DNA of 64,000 nt from an uncultured Oscillospiraceae bacterium (lineage in GTDB: Bacteria > Bacillota > Clostridia > Oscillospirales > Oscillospiraceae): NCBI GenBank assembly GCA_958436045.1, contig CAUBIP010000002.1, forward strand, positions 1,087-65,086, given 5' to 3'. The notes beneath the pieces are model-generated. The model was not told the DNA's origin. It was given only the letters and a program-made list of their open reading frames with translations, and ran no database searches. Below are positions 1 to 8,947 of the stretch, piece after piece (within the stretch, counting starts at the first letter, position 1; every line of letters starts with the position of its first letter). The translations under genes were made by a program, and so were the position numbers.

Positions 1-976
1 TATCCGGGTCGTTGGCTGTCTCCAGCATGCAGCAGCGGGGCGGGAGCGTAAAAGCCTTGTTCAGGCACAGCGCCCCCAAAAGCTGCTGGGCCACCAGGTC
101 CCCGCCGGAATAGCCGGAGACGACAATGCTAAACAGCTGCTTGCCCTGCAGAAGATTATTGACCGTCAGGCTCGTCAGGCGGTTGATGAATGCCATGACA
201 TTGGCGCTGAGGGCGTCGTTGTAGTTTGGGCACAACACCAGCAGCGCGTCGCTCTCCAGCACCGCCGGATAGACGTTCTCCACCATCGCGCCGCCGTAAA
301 AGCAGCCGCCTCGCTCGGCAAAATGGGCGCAGACCCGGTAGGAGCAACCGTTGCAGTCATGAATCGTCCCATTGCGCAAGGAGAGCTCCCGGGTCTGCAC
401 CTGCCCGGAAAGCAGTTGGCAGACCCGCCGCCCCAGGGCCAGCGTGTTCGACGTCTTCTGGTTTGATGCGTGCAGCATCAGAAGCTTCGCCTCCGGCCGC
501 ACCGGCACTGCAAATTCCAGTAGCCGCTGCACCAACTGGACAGCCAGGGCGTCATAGGCCGCACGATGGGAAAGGCCCAGTTTTTTGGCGCGGATGTCCA
601 AATTTTGCAGCGAGCCCGTCGCCTCCAGCAGTGGCTTTCCCATCAGCCAACAGCCGGCAAGATTTGCCGCCAACAGCAGCGCCTGGGCAGTCTGCTTGGT
701 GTAGAGCTCGCCTGCACCGTCAATCAGCAGTGCGGCGCAGGCGCCTTGCATCGCATCCGGCGACTGGCGCAGCAGCATCAGCAGGCGGCAGACATCCGGA
801 TCGATGCCCGCCTGGTCCACAGCGATGGCAAAAAGTACCCGCCGCTGCCGCAGGTCCGGCAGCGCGCCGCCCGCCATATCATAGCGCCGGAACGGGACGC
901 CCTGGAGCGCCGTCTTTAAAACAGCCTCTAGCCGCGCGTGCCGCCCGGCGGTCACCACCAATAGTTCATTCGTCAT
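1..976 (-). CDS. Tandem flavodoxin-fold protein, NAD(P)H-dependent FMN reductase / iron-sulfur flavoprotein-like (C-terminus lies beyond window start)
   Basis: Not in the ORF track because no stop lies in the window. Hand translation from ATG (976-974) stays open to nt 1: MTNELLVVTAGRH... The second half reads LLMLHASNQKTSNT...HDCNGCSYRVC...LLVLCPNYNDALSANVMAFINRL...VVSGYSGG. GC3-rich. The start overlaps the stop of the upstream gene (966-976). Confidence 0.6.
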   Translation of the reverse strand, partial: MTNELLVVTAGRHARLEAVLKTALQGVPFRRYDMAGGALPDLRQRRVLFAIAVDQAGIDPDVCRLLMLLRQSPDAMQGACAALLIDGAGELYTKQTAQALLLAANLAGCWLMGKPLLEATGSLQNLDIRAKKLGLSHRAAYDALAVQLVQRLLEFAVPVRPEAKLLMLHASNQKTSNTLALGRRVCQLLSGQVQTRELSLRNGTIHDCNGCSYRVCAHFAERGGCFYGGAMVENVYPAVLESDALLVLCPNYNDALSANVMAFINRLTSLTVNNLLQGKQLFSIVVSGYSGGDLVAQQLLGALCLNKAFTLPPRCCMLETANDPD

Positions 977-2204
977 AATCAAACTCCCGCAGCGCCTGCA
1001 GCACTGGCGCAAGGCGCGCCTGCAGCGCCGGATGCAACGCCTGATATACAGGCTCCACGCCCAACCGGGTCGACCGCAGGCTGCAGCCAAAATACGCGCC
1101 GCCCAGGGCCAGCGTCCCGTCGTGATCCTCCCCGCGCAGCGTCCGCAGGACACTGATGGCCGCAGAGGACAGGCCGGGGGCGATATAGGGCTTATAGCCC
1201 AGCGCCCGCACCTGCAAGTTGGCCGTGACGGTATCCTGCGTCAGCTGCCGGGAGCGCGCGTCGTCATAGCCCTGCCCGGCGGCATTGGCCACCACCAGCT
1301 GCTGGCCGTGGGGCCCAAAAACCTGCCCTTGGGAAAAGTCAACGCCCCGCTGCGCGGCGTAATACTGCGCCCGGGCCCGCATGACACCCAGTCCGTAGCC
1401 CTGGATCTGCTCCGGCAGCAGCCCCGCTGCGTCAAAACGCCCGTCCTCATCCCGGTTCGACGCCAGGAACACCGACTGGCAGAGATAGTCCACCGGGTCG
1501 GAGATCTGCGCAAAAAGCCCGGTAAAGCCCGCCTCTCGGGCCATGCGCGCATAGCCCTGCAGCATATCCCGGTTGCGCTTGTATTGGATCATCCGCACAT
1601 CGCCGACCTGCGCGCCCACCGGCGGCACCCCCAGCGACGCGGTGAACAGCAGCGCATCGCAGTCAAACAGCCGCGCCAGCGGCACCGCCTCCACCGGCGG
1701 CACCCAGCCGCCCGCATGCTCCGGCAGTACCTGGTTCATCTCCAGGCAGTACCGGCGGCACTGGGCCTCGTTGGGGTCATAGATGCCGATGCCCGTCAGG
1801 TCCCGTCCCAGCAGGACTAAGCCCTGCAGGACCGTCCCGCCGACGTCTCCCAGGCCCACCAGATGGACCCGGAAGCCATCCCGGCGCCGCCGGGTCGCCC
1901 GCAGCACATCCCAGCAGCGGGCAAACACCGTATTCAAAACGCACGCGCCCTCCGCCTGCACCAGCGCCGCCAGACCGTCCTCCGCCTGCTGCGGCGGCAG
2001 CGGCTGCAACGCCGCCTGCACATCCTGCGCATCCAGGCGGCGCAGATCGTCGATGCGATACAGCCCCCGGCTTTTCGCCGGGTCCCGCCGGACGGTGATG
2101 ACCAGGGGCGCAAACGGCGCGCTGCACGGTGCAGCGCCCGCCGGCACCCCGCCGCCCCGATCCCACAGGCACAGGCCCTCAAACTGGTATAGTTTTTCCA
2201 TCAA
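966..2204 (-). CDS. L-lactate/malate dehydrogenase-family 2-hydroxyacid dehydrogenase homolog with ~110-aa N-terminal extension
   Basis: 412-aa ORF. Rossmann GxGxxG (VHLVGLGDVGGTV), IYDPN, ISDPVD (cf. LDH NPVD), GLGVMRARA, and GPHG (cf. catalytic GEHG). ATGA start/stop overlap with the giant gene at 2201-2204. Confidence 0.7.
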   Translation of the reverse strand: MMEKLYQFEGLCLWDRGGGVPAGAAPCSAPFAPLVITVRRDPAKSRGLYRIDDLRRLDAQDVQAALQPLPPQQAEDGLAALVQAEGACVLNTVFARCWDVLRATRRRRDGFRVHLVGLGDVGGTVLQGLVLLGRDLTGIGIYDPNEAQCRRYCLEMNQVLPEHAGGWVPPVEAVPLARLFDCDALLFTASLGVPPVGAQVGDVRMIQYKRNRDMLQGYARMAREAGFTGLFAQISDPVDYLCQSVFLASNRDEDGRFDAAGLLPEQIQGYGLGVMRARAQYYAAQRGVDFSQGQVFGPHGQQLVVANAAGQGYDDARSRQLTQDTVTANLQVRALGYKPYIAPGLSSAAISVLRTLRGEDHDGTLALGGAYFGCSLRSTRLGVEPVYQALHPALQARLAPVLQALREFDYDE

Positions 2205-5200
2205 GGCGTCTCCTCCCAGCCCTGCATCCGGTGCAGCGTATTGATATCATCCTGCACATACACCGACGCCGGGATATTTAAATCATAGGACAAATGCCCG
2301 CCCCGGTCCGGCATCCGGGGCCGGAACACGGCCTCGCCCAGCCGCTTGAGGGTCAGCGATTTGCCAAAATAAGAAAGATGCTCCTTTTCCAGCACCCGCA
2401 GAATCTCCTGCGTGCTGGCCAGCACCGTCTCCGAAAGGGCGTAGATCGCCCGCTTGGGGACGCCGCTGAAGAAATGCGGATACTTATACGGCAAGATCAG
2501 ATTGATCGTCGGCAGCATCTCCGTCTTGCGGCTTGTCAGGACGCTGTCACCGCCGATGAAGGGGTAGAGCAGGCTCTCCGTCTGCCAATAACGCATGGCG
2601 GGGATGAAATATTCGCACTCGGTCTCGATATTCTGCAACCGCATCCGGTCCTTGCCCCGGCCGGACATGATCCCAACGATCAGCCGGTCGATTTCCACCT
2701 GCTCCTGCCGCAGCAGCGGCGTCAGGTACTCCATCCGGTAGCCGTTGTGCATAAGATCATCCACCAGGATCATGGGCCGCCGGAAGGATTTGATCGTCCG
2801 GACCTGGTTGACCAGCGTCGAATACCCGGGGTATTCCTTGATCTCCAGCCCCCGGATATTGGGTAGGAAGACCTTTTCGACCTCCAGCCGCTTTGTCACC
2901 GTGTTCGGCACCAGGTCATTGGCCAGGATCTTGCCGAAGGGCACGCACATTTTGCTGCCCAGGCGGCGCTCCCCGGGCGGCACATTCGCCACGCCGTTGC
3001 AGCACTGGACCCGGCTGCGCAGCGCCTGGTTCAGGAGTTCAACATCAAAGCTCAAGATCAGATCTCCCGGGAACATCTGGGCAAAGGAGAGCCGCAGCGC
3101 CCGCCGCGCCTTCTCCACCGCCCGGATGACCTTCGGGTTCTCCCGGTGGGGGGCTTTCAGCTTCTGCAGTGCATCCAGGATCAGCACTACCGGGCGGCGC
3201 ATATCCACCACCCAGACCGACGGCTGCTCCGGCGTCGGGGCAAAGCCCAGCTCTCGCAGCGCCTGCTCCAGTGGTCCGGCGGCCGGGCAGCGGCAGATGG
3301 CATAGGTAATGCTCCGCTCCTGGGCCCGGGCCAGCAGCTCATTGAGAGCCTGCCGCTCCACGCTCTGCCCCGGGGCAACAGCGCCGACGCCGTCGATGAG
3401 CAGAATATTCCCCGAGACCCGCTCCCGAACGCAGGACGCCGCTTGGGCATCCTGCAGCACATCCAGCAGCTGATAGCTCTGGACCGTCCGCCCGCAGGCC
3501 CAGCCCCAGAGGCCGCCGGTGGCCCGGGAGCGCAGCACGCAGCTGGCCACGCCCGGCCATCCGGCCAGCTTTTCCGCCAGCTTCTGCGGGATCTCCGGCA
3601 AGATCTCCTGGGCATTTTCAAAATACAGCTTATGGGGCTGCAATACCATTTTATATTGCAGCGTCCGCAAATACAGGCCCCGCCGGTAGATGAAATTCTG
3701 CACGATCGGGTCCACCAGCATGGAGATATCCAGGTTCTTATCCACATATTCCCGGATGCGGCTAGAGGAGACGCTGTCAAAGAAGGGCGGCAGCTGCAGC
3801 ACCTCCAGCTTGCCGCGGATCACCGTCTCCAGCGGCGGTAGCTGGTCCGTCTCCTCCCGGGAGAAGACAATATGGTCAAAGTCCGCCGCGCCGCCAGTCG
3901 CGCCGGGGCGGTAAGCCGAGGCGTTGCGGACCACATCGCTGCCCACGGCCAGATAGACCGCCTGGTTCGGCAGCAGCTGCCGCAGCCGGGCCAGGTCCTC
4001 CGCCATGGCGATGTTGATGGGAATGTCATCCGGAAAGAGATAGACATCCAGCTGGTCCGCCACGGAAATGCTGGCGATCTGCCGCCGCAGCAGCTTGGCC
4101 AGCGTCTGCTTGCTCCAGGAGAATTCATCCACCGCCAGATAGACGTCAAACTGCTTGGCGCAGATTTCCTGCACAATGCGCTTGTGGCCAGAGGAGAAGG
4201 GGTCAAACGTCCCGGGGAAGAAGGCGATGGGCCGCTCCGGCGGCAGGACCGGCTCCGGCAGATGCACCTGGCACTGCACCAGGAAGCGATACAAATGGTT
4301 CAGCGCCGCCGCGCAGGTAAAGAAATTCAGCTGCCCGGGGTGCGGCTCCTCCAGTAGCGTCAGGAATTTTTTGCAGATGCGGATAAAATACCGCTGCCGG
4401 ACAGAAAGTGGCAGAGACGGATTGTCAAAGACCTGACGGCAGATCAGCGAGAGAGCCCGTTGGTGGATCATATCGTCAAAATGCGCTACACCCGTCAGCA
4501 GCAGGCCAAAGACCTGCTCCGTCACCGCTTCGCTTCCGGCTTGATTCGCCAGCACTACCGCCAGCGTCGTCAGTGCCGCCATAGCCGCTAGGGTATTGTC
4601 CGAATGGACCAGCTCTGCCAGGGACTGCAGGCACTCGTCAAAGGCAGAGTCCGGCAGCTGGCACAGCATCCGGCCCAGGAATTTCGGGATATAACGGGAG
4701 ACCTCCTCCCGCCCCGTCTCCAGCTCGCGGATGAGGTCGATCATCAGCTCATTCTGCTGGTCCGCCGGGAGCTTGGCGCAGAGCGCGACAAGATGCTCCC
4801 CCGCGTAATCCCGCACCGGCAGATGCTCGCTGACGCACAGCAGATTGCTCAAATGCATCGCCGTGTGGAACGCCATCTCCGGATGCGCCGTGACATTTTC
4901 ACACAGCATATCAATATGCGATATTTTCACGCTCCAGTGGACGGCCATTTTCATATTGCTCAGGTAAAGATGCTGCCGCTCTGCATTGCGCAAGGAGGCT
5001 GTCTCCCCCGCGCCCCGCAGCAGGACCGACCGCTCGTAGCCCACGGCGTAAGACTCCCCCGGCTCCAATCCCTGGGCGACACGGCGAACCTCCACCTGTA
5101 GCGCCTCGTCGCCAATCGTCAGCAGCTTGCGGAAAAAGCGCAGCGCGGCAATCTGCTCCCGTTCGGCAGCGCCGGATAAATGCGAGGCGAACTGCGCCAG

Positions 5201-6895
5201 CAGCGCCTGGCACTGCTGCGGCGTAAACGCAGCGTCCGGCACGTGGTTCAGCGTGTCCAGCAGCACAAACCGGTCCTGGGGCAGGTCCCTGCGCACCTGG
5301 GCCAGCAGCACTTCTAAATACTCTGGCCACTTTTCGCAGCTCAGATGACGAAAAATACTCTCGGCCACGATCTTCAGTGAGTTGGAGATCCGCAGCGCAT
5401 GCTTCGGCGCGATCTTTTGATCCGGATGCAGGCACTGCTCGGCATAGCTGGCCCAGATCTGGACCGACTCATTCAAAAAGGAGAGCAGATTCGGCGCCGC
5501 CGCCTGGGGCGGCACACCGGCCGGCAGCTCCTTGCGGTATTTCGGCCCGCTGTTTGTCAGCACCTGGCCCATCATCCGGGCCGCCCGCCGCCGGACATCG
5601 CCGTCATGGTGCATCAGCAGCTCATATAAAAACGCCAGCAGCTTTTGCTTCTGTGCCCGGGTCAGGTACGTGTGATATTCTGAATAAAGATGCAAATACG
5701 TCCGCACGCTCTGCAGATTTTTCTCATTGCGCGCCTGCTCCAGCAACTGCTCGAATGATGCGTCGTGGGTGATCTGGCGCATCAGGCGGATATTATTGTG
5801 GAAGGTCAGATTGCAGATCTGCCGCGGAATCTCCCGCCGAGGCAGCAGAGCCGCTTTCGGCGTGCACGCCGTACAAGCGCCGCGCTGCACCGGATCCGGG
5901 TCCACCCCGTGGCTCAGCAGGTACTGCTCAAAATCATGCAGCTTGGCATAGACCGTCCGGTAGCGCAGCTGCTTTTCCGGTGTCATATCCGCCAGCTTGC
6001 GGAAGATTTCCTGATAGGCTGCCTCCAAGGAAAAGATCTGCACCCGCTCCCGGCCCTCGGCATCCCGGTTGCCCCGGACCCGGAAGTCCGCATAGATCAA
6101 GAGCAGCGATTCGCCGGGCAGGTTCTCAAATTCCAGGTCCCAGGTCGAGTGATTGGCCGCGATGTTGGCAATCGTCGGCACACCGTGCCCCTCCAGCCAC
6201 TGCCAGGTAAAGTAATAGTGCAGATAGGGGATCCGCCGAGCATCCCGTCCACGGCAGCCGAATTTTCCGATGTCGTGGCTCAACGCTGCGGCGCTGCACA
6301 GGGCGATATCCACCGGGATCCCCGCCTGCAGCGCCTGCCGAGCCATATGCACCGCCACATGGTGTACACCGATGGTATGCGATGCCGGGTCGAAGGGCAT
6401 GATCTCCCGCCCGATGCGCATGAGCTCGATAAAATAATCGTCCTCCACCGCCTTCCAGAAGCGAGTGTATTCCTTGGTGATGCGGCTTTGCTGCAGCTCC
6501 GCCTCTGTCACGGCGTCAAGATCCGTCAAGGGATCAAAGGGGCAGTTCTCCCGGCTGATGGCATAGCGCAGCAGGCCCAGATAAAACACTGCCGCTTGCC
6601 GCTGCCCCGGCGTCATCGGGCTATGGCCCGTCTCCGGGAACATTTTCTGGCAGATCTCCTCATATAAAAACGCCAACCACCCCTCCGGCGGCTCTGGGCA
6701 CAGCGTCTGCAAATACAGCCTGCAGGTATTGAGCACCAGCTGGCAGCTGACCCGCTGGCCCACCGGCGGCAGGCAGCGCTCTGCGTAAAAGCCCACCTGA
6801 TCCAGCTGCTTCAGCAGCGTTTTCTTCTCCAAATGAAATTGCGGCGCATACTGCTCCAGCATCCACTGCCGGAGGCTGCTGACGGGTTGCTTCAT
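2201..6895 (-). CDS. Giant multidomain protein: HD phosphohydrolase + HEAT-like repeats + NadD/cytidylyltransferase-like nucleotidyltransferase + PRTase-like domain
   Basis: Uninterrupted 1564-aa ORF with GC3-rich codons. HD signature: GVHHVAVH / LSHDIGKF / IYADF (aa ~175-270). HEAT-like DGDVRRRAARMMGQVL. PGTFDPFSSGHKRIV plus SVSSSRIREY (aa ~890-1050). PRPP-loop-like MILVDDLMHNGYRM (aa ~1375). RBS GGGGAGGA lies upstream of the ATG. Confidence 0.8.
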   Translation of the reverse strand: MKQPVSSLRQWMLEQYAPQFHLEKKTLLKQLDQVGFYAERCLPPVGQRVSCQLVLNTCRLYLQTLCPEPPEGWLAFLYEEICQKMFPETGHSPMTPGQRQAAVFYLGLLRYAISRENCPFDPLTDLDAVTEAELQQSRITKEYTRFWKAVEDDYFIELMRIGREIMPFDPASHTIGVHHVAVHMARQALQAGIPVDIALCSAAALSHDIGKFGCRGRDARRIPYLHYYFTWQWLEGHGVPTIANIAANHSTWDLEFENLPGESLLLIYADFRVRGNRDAEGRERVQIFSLEAAYQEIFRKLADMTPEKQLRYRTVYAKLHDFEQYLLSHGVDPDPVQRGACTACTPKAALLPRREIPRQICNLTFHNNIRLMRQITHDASFEQLLEQARNEKNLQSVRTYLHLYSEYHTYLTRAQKQKLLAFLYELLMHHDGDVRRRAARMMGQVLTNSGPKYRKELPAGVPPQAAAPNLLSFLNESVQIWASYAEQCLHPDQKIAPKHALRISNSLKIVAESIFRHLSCEKWPEYLEVLLAQVRRDLPQDRFVLLDTLNHVPDAAFTPQQCQALLAQFASHLSGAAEREQIAALRFFRKLLTIGDEALQVEVRRVAQGLEPGESYAVGYERSVLLRGAGETASLRNAERQHLYLSNMKMAVHWSVKISHIDMLCENVTAHPEMAFHTAMHLSNLLCVSEHLPVRDYAGEHLVALCAKLPADQQNELMIDLIRELETGREEVSRYIPKFLGRMLCQLPDSAFDECLQSLAELVHSDNTLAAMAALTTLAVVLANQAGSEAVTEQVFGLLLTGVAHFDDMIHQRALSLICRQVFDNPSLPLSVRQRYFIRICKKFLTLLEEPHPGQLNFFTCAAALNHLYRFLVQCQVHLPEPVLPPERPIAFFPGTFDPFSSGHKRIVQEICAKQFDVYLAVDEFSWSKQTLAKLLRRQIASISVADQLDVYLFPDDIPINIAMAEDLARLRQLLPNQAVYLAVGSDVVRNASAYRPGATGGAADFDHIVFSREETDQLPPLETVIRGKLEVLQLPPFFDSVSSSRIREYVDKNLDISMLVDPIVQNFIYRRGLYLRTLQYKMVLQPHKLYFENAQEILPEIPQKLAEKLAGWPGVASCVLRSRATGGLWGWACGRTVQSYQLLDVLQDAQAASCVRERVSGNILLIDGVGAVAPGQSVERQALNELLARAQERSITYAICRCPAAGPLEQALRELGFAPTPEQPSVWVVDMRRPVVLILDALQKLKAPHRENPKVIRAVEKARRALRLSFAQMFPGDLILSFDVELLNQALRSRVQCCNGVANVPPGERRLGSKMCVPFGKILANDLVPNTVTKRLEVEKVFLPNIRGLEIKEYPGYSTLVNQVRTIKSFRRPMILVDDLMHNGYRMEYLTPLLRQEQVEIDRLIVGIMSGRGKDRMRLQNIETECEYFIPAMRYWQTESLLYPFIGGDSVLTSRKTEMLPTINLILPYKYPHFFSGVPKRAIYALSETVLASTQEILRVLEKEHLSYFGKSLTLKRLGEAVFRPRMPDRGGHLSYDLNIPASVYVQDDINTLHRMQGWEETP

Positions 6896-7034
6896 CCCAT
6901 ATCCTCCCCGGGTAAACTCTTTTGATCTCTATCATCCTCCGGGGCGTACCCCGATTTCTTCCATATGCATGCCGCTTGGGCAGCGCCTTATTAAATTATT
7001 TTACCACGTTTTTCGCCCCGGCGCTACCGCTTGG

Positions 7035-7075
7035 CAAAACAAATCCCCGGCCTTGCAAAAAATCGCAGACCGGGG
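7035..7075 (-). terminator. Intrinsic terminator after trmO
   Basis: Minus-strand hairpin CCCCGGTC...GGCCGGGG followed by ATTTGTTTTG, immediately 3' of the trmO stop (7083). Confidence 0.6.
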
Positions 7076-7082
7076 CGTACCG

Positions 7083-7772
7083 TTATGTTTTCTTTTCCAG
7101 GCTGACGACCGTCAGACAGCGCCCGGCCACCCGGAAGCGCACCTCCCAGCCGCCGAAGCCAAAGCCATAGACCCGTGCCGGGTCGTCCTGGTACCGGGGC
7201 CGCGGGTCCTGCGCCAGCACGCCGCGCAGGGCCGCCGCCTGCTCCTCCGGCAGCTGCCGCACCAGCTCCGGCGGCAGCTCAACCGCCAGCGGCTCCTCCT
7301 GGTTCCGGCCCGCAAAGCCCGCTGCCGCATCCGGCACGCAGTCGGCATAGGGCAGATAGGGCTTGATATCCCAGATGGGCGTACCGTCCAGCAGATCGGC
7401 CCCTGCTACATGCAGCACCGGCCCCTGCGGCGTCTGCGGCTCGACACGCAGCAGGCGGACGCAGGAAAGGCCCAGGGAATTGGGCCGGAACGGCGAACGG
7501 GTCGCAAAGACGCCGATGCGCGTGTTGCCTCCCAGCCGGGGCGGCTTGACCGTCGCCGACCAGCGCCCGGCGTTGGCGGAAAACCCCCAGATCAGCCAGA
7601 TATGGGAAAACTCCGCCAGCCCCCGCACCGCGTTTTCATCCCGGAACGCCGGGGCGAATACGATTCGCGCCCGGAGCTCCTCCACCAGGCCGCTCTGCCG
7701 GGGGATTCCAAATTTTTCAGAAAAGTCGCTCTCAATATGCGCGATCTCCTGGATCGTCCACTGCGCCCCCAT
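7083..7772 (-). CDS. trmO: tRNA (N6-threonylcarbamoyladenosine37-N6)-methyltransferase TrmO/TsaA family
   Basis: ORF 7083-7799. The internal ATG at 7772 is preceded by GGAAGGAG. Motifs FGIPRQSG, GVFATRSPFRPNSLG, DGTPIWDIKPY. Confidence 0.8.
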   Translation of the reverse strand: MGAQWTIQEIAHIESDFSEKFGIPRQSGLVEELRARIVFAPAFRDENAVRGLAEFSHIWLIWGFSANAGRWSATVKPPRLGGNTRIGVFATRSPFRPNSLGLSCVRLLRVEPQTPQGPVLHVAGADLLDGTPIWDIKPYLPYADCVPDAAAGFAGRNQEEPLAVELPPELVRQLPEEQAAALRGVLAQDPRPRYQDDPARVYGFGFGGWEVRFRVAGRCLTVVSLEKKT

Positions 7773-8799
7773 TGCTTTGCTCCTTCCATTGCGTCTCATA
7801 GCCTTCAGGATTTTTCACCTGCCAGTTCCAGGCATCCCGGCAGATCTCTGCCAGGCTGCAGCGGGGCTCCCAGCCCAGCAGCGCCCGGGCCCGGGCCACA
7901 TCCGCATAGCAGACAGCAGCATCCCCGGGCCGCCGCGCGGCCATCTGCACTGGGACGGTCACATGGTTGACCCGGCGGAAGGTCTCCACCAGCTCCAGCA
8001 CGCTGCAGCCTCGCCCGGCGCCCAGATTGACCGCCTCGACGCCAGAATGGGCCACGCTGTAGTGCAGCGCGGCCAGATGCCCCCGGGCCAAATCCATCAC
8101 ATGGAGATAATCCCGCACGCCGGTGCCGTCCGCCGTGGGATAATCCCCGCCGCAGATCTGCAGCGCCGGGCGCTGGCCCGCCGCTGTCTGCACCAGCGCC
8201 GTCATCAGGCTGCCGGATGCGCCGTCCTCACCCAAAAGACCGCTGGGGTGCGCCCCGGCGGGATTGAAATAGCGCAGCAGCACCGCGGAAAAATTGCCCC
8301 GCGCCGCCGCTTCATCCCGCACGATCTGCTCAAGCATAAATTTAGACCAGCCGTAAGGGCTGGCGCAGCCGCCGACCGCGGCCCGCTCTGTCAGCGGCGA
8401 GACATCCTGCGTGCCGTAGACCGCCGCGGAGGAAGAGACGATGAGCCGCTTCACCCCAGCGCGCCGCATACACTGCAGCAGGGACAAGATCGCCCCCAGA
8501 TTGTTCGCATAATAAGCAAGGGGCGATGCCACGGACTCCGCCACGGATTTTCGCCCGGCAAAATGGAGCACCGCGTCCGGCTGCTCCCGGTCAAAGACCG
8601 TCTGCAGTCCCGCCGTATCCGCCACATCCACCTGGTAAACCGAAGGGGTCTGCCGGGCCACCGCCGTGATCCTGCCGATGACCGCCGGCGCGCTGGCCGA
8701 AAAATCATCCGCGATGACCACCTCCACCCCGGCCTGCAGCAGCAGCGCCGCGGTGTGCGCGCCGATATACCCGGCGCCGCCGGTCAAAAGAACCCTCAT
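7732..8799 (-). CDS. galE: UDP-glucose 4-epimerase
   Basis: MRVLLTGGAGYIGAHT Rossmann start, SPYGWSK (YxxxK), typical GalE length. The 3' end overlaps the trmO start. Confidence 0.85.
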   Translation of the reverse strand: MRVLLTGGAGYIGAHTAALLLQAGVEVVIADDFSASAPAVIGRITAVARQTPSVYQVDVADTAGLQTVFDREQPDAVLHFAGRKSVAESVASPLAYYANNLGAILSLLQCMRRAGVKRLIVSSSAAVYGTQDVSPLTERAAVGGCASPYGWSKFMLEQIVRDEAAARGNFSAVLLRYFNPAGAHPSGLLGEDGASGSLMTALVQTAAGQRPALQICGGDYPTADGTGVRDYLHVMDLARGHLAALHYSVAHSGVEAVNLGAGRGCSVLELVETFRRVNHVTVPVQMAARRPGDAAVCYADVARARALLGWEPRCSLAEICRDAWNWQVKNPEGYETQWKEQSNGGAVDDPGDRAY

Positions 8800-8947
8800 A
8801 GCTTACCCCCTACGCTTTCTTGCCTCCAGTTTACCACAAAACCCCGCCCGGCGCAAGAAAAAAGCCCGCCCGGCAGCCGGACGGACTCACGTGCACAGCG
8901 CCTGCTCCCATTGCATAGACTGAAGGGAAAAGGACGGTGAGCATACT

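Noticed and set aside
226-978. 250-aa plus-strand ORF at the window start.
   Set aside because: The product is Arg/Pro/Ala-rich and low-complexity. It lies antisense to a minus-strand frame that shows recognisable flavodoxin-like motifs and the expected GC3 bias. This is a typical high-GC shadow ORF.
7732-7799. The long galE/trmO overlap as a sign of a frameshift or pseudogene.
   Set aside because: Using the RBS-supported internal start of trmO (7772) shortens the overlap. Both proteins are full length with intact motifs.
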